Positions 61,275 to 64,000 of a DNA stretch of 64,000 nucleotides are shown here, one piece after another. The notes beneath the pieces are model-generated. The model worked only from the letters and a program-made list of their open reading frames with translations. It had not been told where the DNA came from and did not search any database. Location: contig CP110439.1 in the NCBI GenBank assembly GCA_026914245.1, positions 1,922,001-1,986,000 on the forward strand. The letters run 5' to 3'. The DNA is from Puccinia triticina (lineage: Eukaryota). The translations under genes and the position numbers were made by a program. How positions within the stretch are numbered: the stretch's first letter is position 1; the number at the start of each line of letters is the position of its first letter.

Positions 61275-62452
61275 GCGGGGGGGGTGGCTGGCTGGCTGGC
61301 TGGGTTGTGGGTGGGTGGGTCCTGTGGGGCGGGGAGGGGGGGGGGATGGGACGGATGAAGGTGGAAGAAGGGGGAAGATTTGGAAGATTTGGAAGGTCCG
61401 GTGGAGGAAGTCAACTGGCATGTTTGGTGGATATTCTGACTGCCAGACCCGCAAGTTTTCCTGGCCTTGCTGTACGCGTCCGGTTTAACGGTCAACTTCT
61501 TCCCAAAGGTGCTGGGGCAGCCCCTGGCTAGCGGGGGGGGGGGGGGGGGGGCGGTGGTTGTAGCAGTGCTACAAGGGTTGAGTGACAGGCATCCACGCTA
61601 TGGACGTGCTGTACACACTAGAGACTTCCTACTCTGGCCTAGTGCGTCCAGGAGTTAAGGAAGCCAAAGCCTCATGCACGTCACATACAAGAGGCACATC
61701 TTTCTTACAAGTCTAGTTCTTGGTTTCTCTACATACGTTAAAACATTTGCACACATCTTTACGCCTGTACCGTTGAGTTACTTACTGAACAGATTCTTTC
61801 ATCTGATATTCTTTTTCTCTCATTTTTTGGCCCTCATAAGAAGGCCTCCTTCTTGTTATTTCTTTCCACCGTCCATCTTGTCAGATGGAATATCAGACTA
61901 CCTTCTCAGTTGCATATTTTCCACATGTGGTGTTTGCTCCGCCGCAGACCCATAACATAGACCTGTAGCATGCCCATCTACAGGAGGACCCTTTGGGCCC
62001 CCTTCTAGGGACTTTGATAAGTTCATTGGAGATGCTTAGGTAAGCTCAAGACGAACGCATCAACCCTAATGAGCTTGTCTGTGGCCAAGCCTCACAAGCT
62101 GATGAAAGGGTCAGGTTGATCAGGTGAAGATTGTGCTCAATATCAACCTCATCTTCTGAATTTTTACACTGCTGGTATTCTTTGACCAAGAATTATGAGG
62201 ACTTACATGGCGGTTGTGGGAGGCCGGAAAAAAGGGTGGAAGTTTGGTGGTCAAATTGACCAACCCCCCTGAGCGCGCTTTGACTGTTCAAAAAGGGACC
62301 TCCAGGAAGCTGGCACAAAGGCCGTCAACATCGCGACCCCCCCCCCCCCCCCCGCCCATGTGTATCCAGTCAAACCCCGGGCAAAATTAAGGGTCAATTT
62401 ACGGCAAGGACAAATTGCCTTCCAGCCCGCTCCCCCCAAGATTGGTGGTCTT

Positions 62453-62520
62453 GGTCAGTTTGACCCCTCACGCTGGCAAACCACCGGTCAGTTTGACCCC
62501 TCACGCCGGCAAACCACTGG
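62453..62520. repeat. 33-bp tandem duplication
   Basis: ggtcagtttgacccctcacgc.ggcaaaccac. occurs twice. Confidence 0.8.
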
Positions 62521-63385
62521 CATTTCACCAACCAAACACCCCTCCCGGAACCCAGATTTGGGCTGGCTCAACCCATATTGGCCCGCTCAGCACTCTCACC
62601 ATCCAATTGTTCTCAGGTCACATTCTTCCAGACAGCTCACAGGGCACCCTGACCGAAGTCAGGCAGGCAGATTCAGGCCACCAGGGCCATTTTTTTTATG
62701 TTTTTATTGCATTTTTATACTTTTTTTAGGTTGTAATACTTAGTACTATTTTGTGGTGGTTTTTATTTTTTGTTTTGTTCTACTTTTTTTGTTTATTTTT
62801 TGCTTTTGTTTTGAAACATAACTAACTAATAATAAATCCGGAAGTTAGAGGATGAGAGCTCAAAATGGTTCCTTTGAAGCAGAAAAGGCAAGGCTGCATT
62901 AATTGCCAAGGGTGATCTCCCTTGTGAGAATTGCATTGACCTGTGCATTGGTCTGATTTGGGCCCAGTTCAGACTCCATGGCCCACGCCTCCATATTGGT
63001 TTTGAGAGCGCTGGGGATCTGGACCAACTGTTGGGTTCTCATTTTCCTTCTGCCTCACTTTCCGTGACTGTCTCTATATCACTTCTTATGTCCGCTCTTC
63101 ACTTGTAGTTTCTCTGGTCATACTATCCTGTCTTCTCAGCCAAGTGACATTGATCCTGCCTGTATTTGCCTGCTAGTTTTCCATATGTCTCACTCGTGTG
63201 CGCGCTCTGTTTGTGATAGCTTGTATGTCACCTTTCTCTCCTCCTGAGATTCCAGCAGGTTCCATTCCTTTCTATTCACTTTCTTATCATATTCATTGTG
63301 TCTCAACCACATGTCAGCCCTGTGTATCTAGTCTATTTTAGCCTAGCCTAGCACAGAGCAATAACATCATCGGCTCTTCTCCTCT

Positions 63386-63880
63386 TCAATCCGCGCCGTA
63401 TCTTGAGCCGCATCCGGTGAGCTCCACATCCTCACTGCCCTCCTTCTCGAGCTTCCCAGCTCTTCTTTGTGCCTCGGCTTTGAGTCTTTGTGTCCTGAAT
63501 CTAAATTCTATCACCAACTCTATCGGAACATCAGCAAACATGATGTTGCCAGGAAATAGCTGGTAGTCTCTGCGGATAATAAGCACCGCATGCCTGACAG
63601 TCAGTCCACAGCCTTTTCAAACATGTCAGCTTGTGAGAGGTCCCTCTGCAATGGAAAGATATCAAACCAGAGACTTACGCTTGAATTTCAAGATATGATT
63701 TTTCCCGCACTGCCTCAAGGTGATTGTTGATGATCCCATTGTGACCTCTTATCTCCAGGCGCCTGGTGCACAAGATGGTGGATTGTAATGATGCACGGCA
63801 TCACAATCTTGGCACCGGACCCAGCTCACGTACCCAAGTCTCCTGCCGGATGTTGAAGAGAAGCTGGGTCAGGGCGCAGA
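63386..63880 (-). pseudogene. 3' fragment of a spliced hypothetical gene with an in-frame stop
   Basis: Exon-like frame QLLFNIRQETW...PRL*CRASL...YLEIQ, then a gtaagt...ctgac...cag intron, then HAVLIIRRDYQLFPGNIMF. No family recognised. Confidence 0.4.
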
Positions 63881-64000
63881 TTCAGCTCAGTCCCAAATCG
63901 AAGTGACCGGAGTGAAGACGGGAAGTGGTTGGAGGGTATCATCGACAGGCTTACCAAGCTATGCATGTGCGTTCCTTTGTGCTTCACCATGGCACACAAA

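Overview
Eukaryotic, intron-rich fungal DNA. The gene set, short GT-AG introns and repeat content point to a basidiomycete rust fungus (Pucciniales, Puccinia-like); this assignment is an inference. The central block (about 23.9-51.0 kb) is gene-rich: TAF12, mitoribosomal L20/mL58, COQ8/ABC1 kinase, a head-to-head pair of paralogous small secreted proteins, a DUF262 (GmrSD/ParB-like) protein, a CLASP_N protein, a single-pass membrane protein and mitoribosomal S6. A prolyl oligopeptidase runs off the left edge. The flanks (about 1.7-23.5 kb and 51.7-64 kb) are nested transposon graveyards. They hold a full-length intron-containing hAT element and three MITEs that all have CAA...TTG ends and 7-bp TSDs, and a canonical 8-bp-TSD hAT derivative. 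They also hold a decayed Tad1-like LINE, CAC...GTG MITEs, a Gypsy gag-pro remnant and a four-element solo-LTR nest with 4-bp and 5-bp TSDs. One miniature LTR element carries a tRNA-like Pol III cassette in its LTR and is rearranged into an inverted-ended unit with a 5-bp TSD. Exon boundaries were read by eye and are approximate where stated. No database searches were run.
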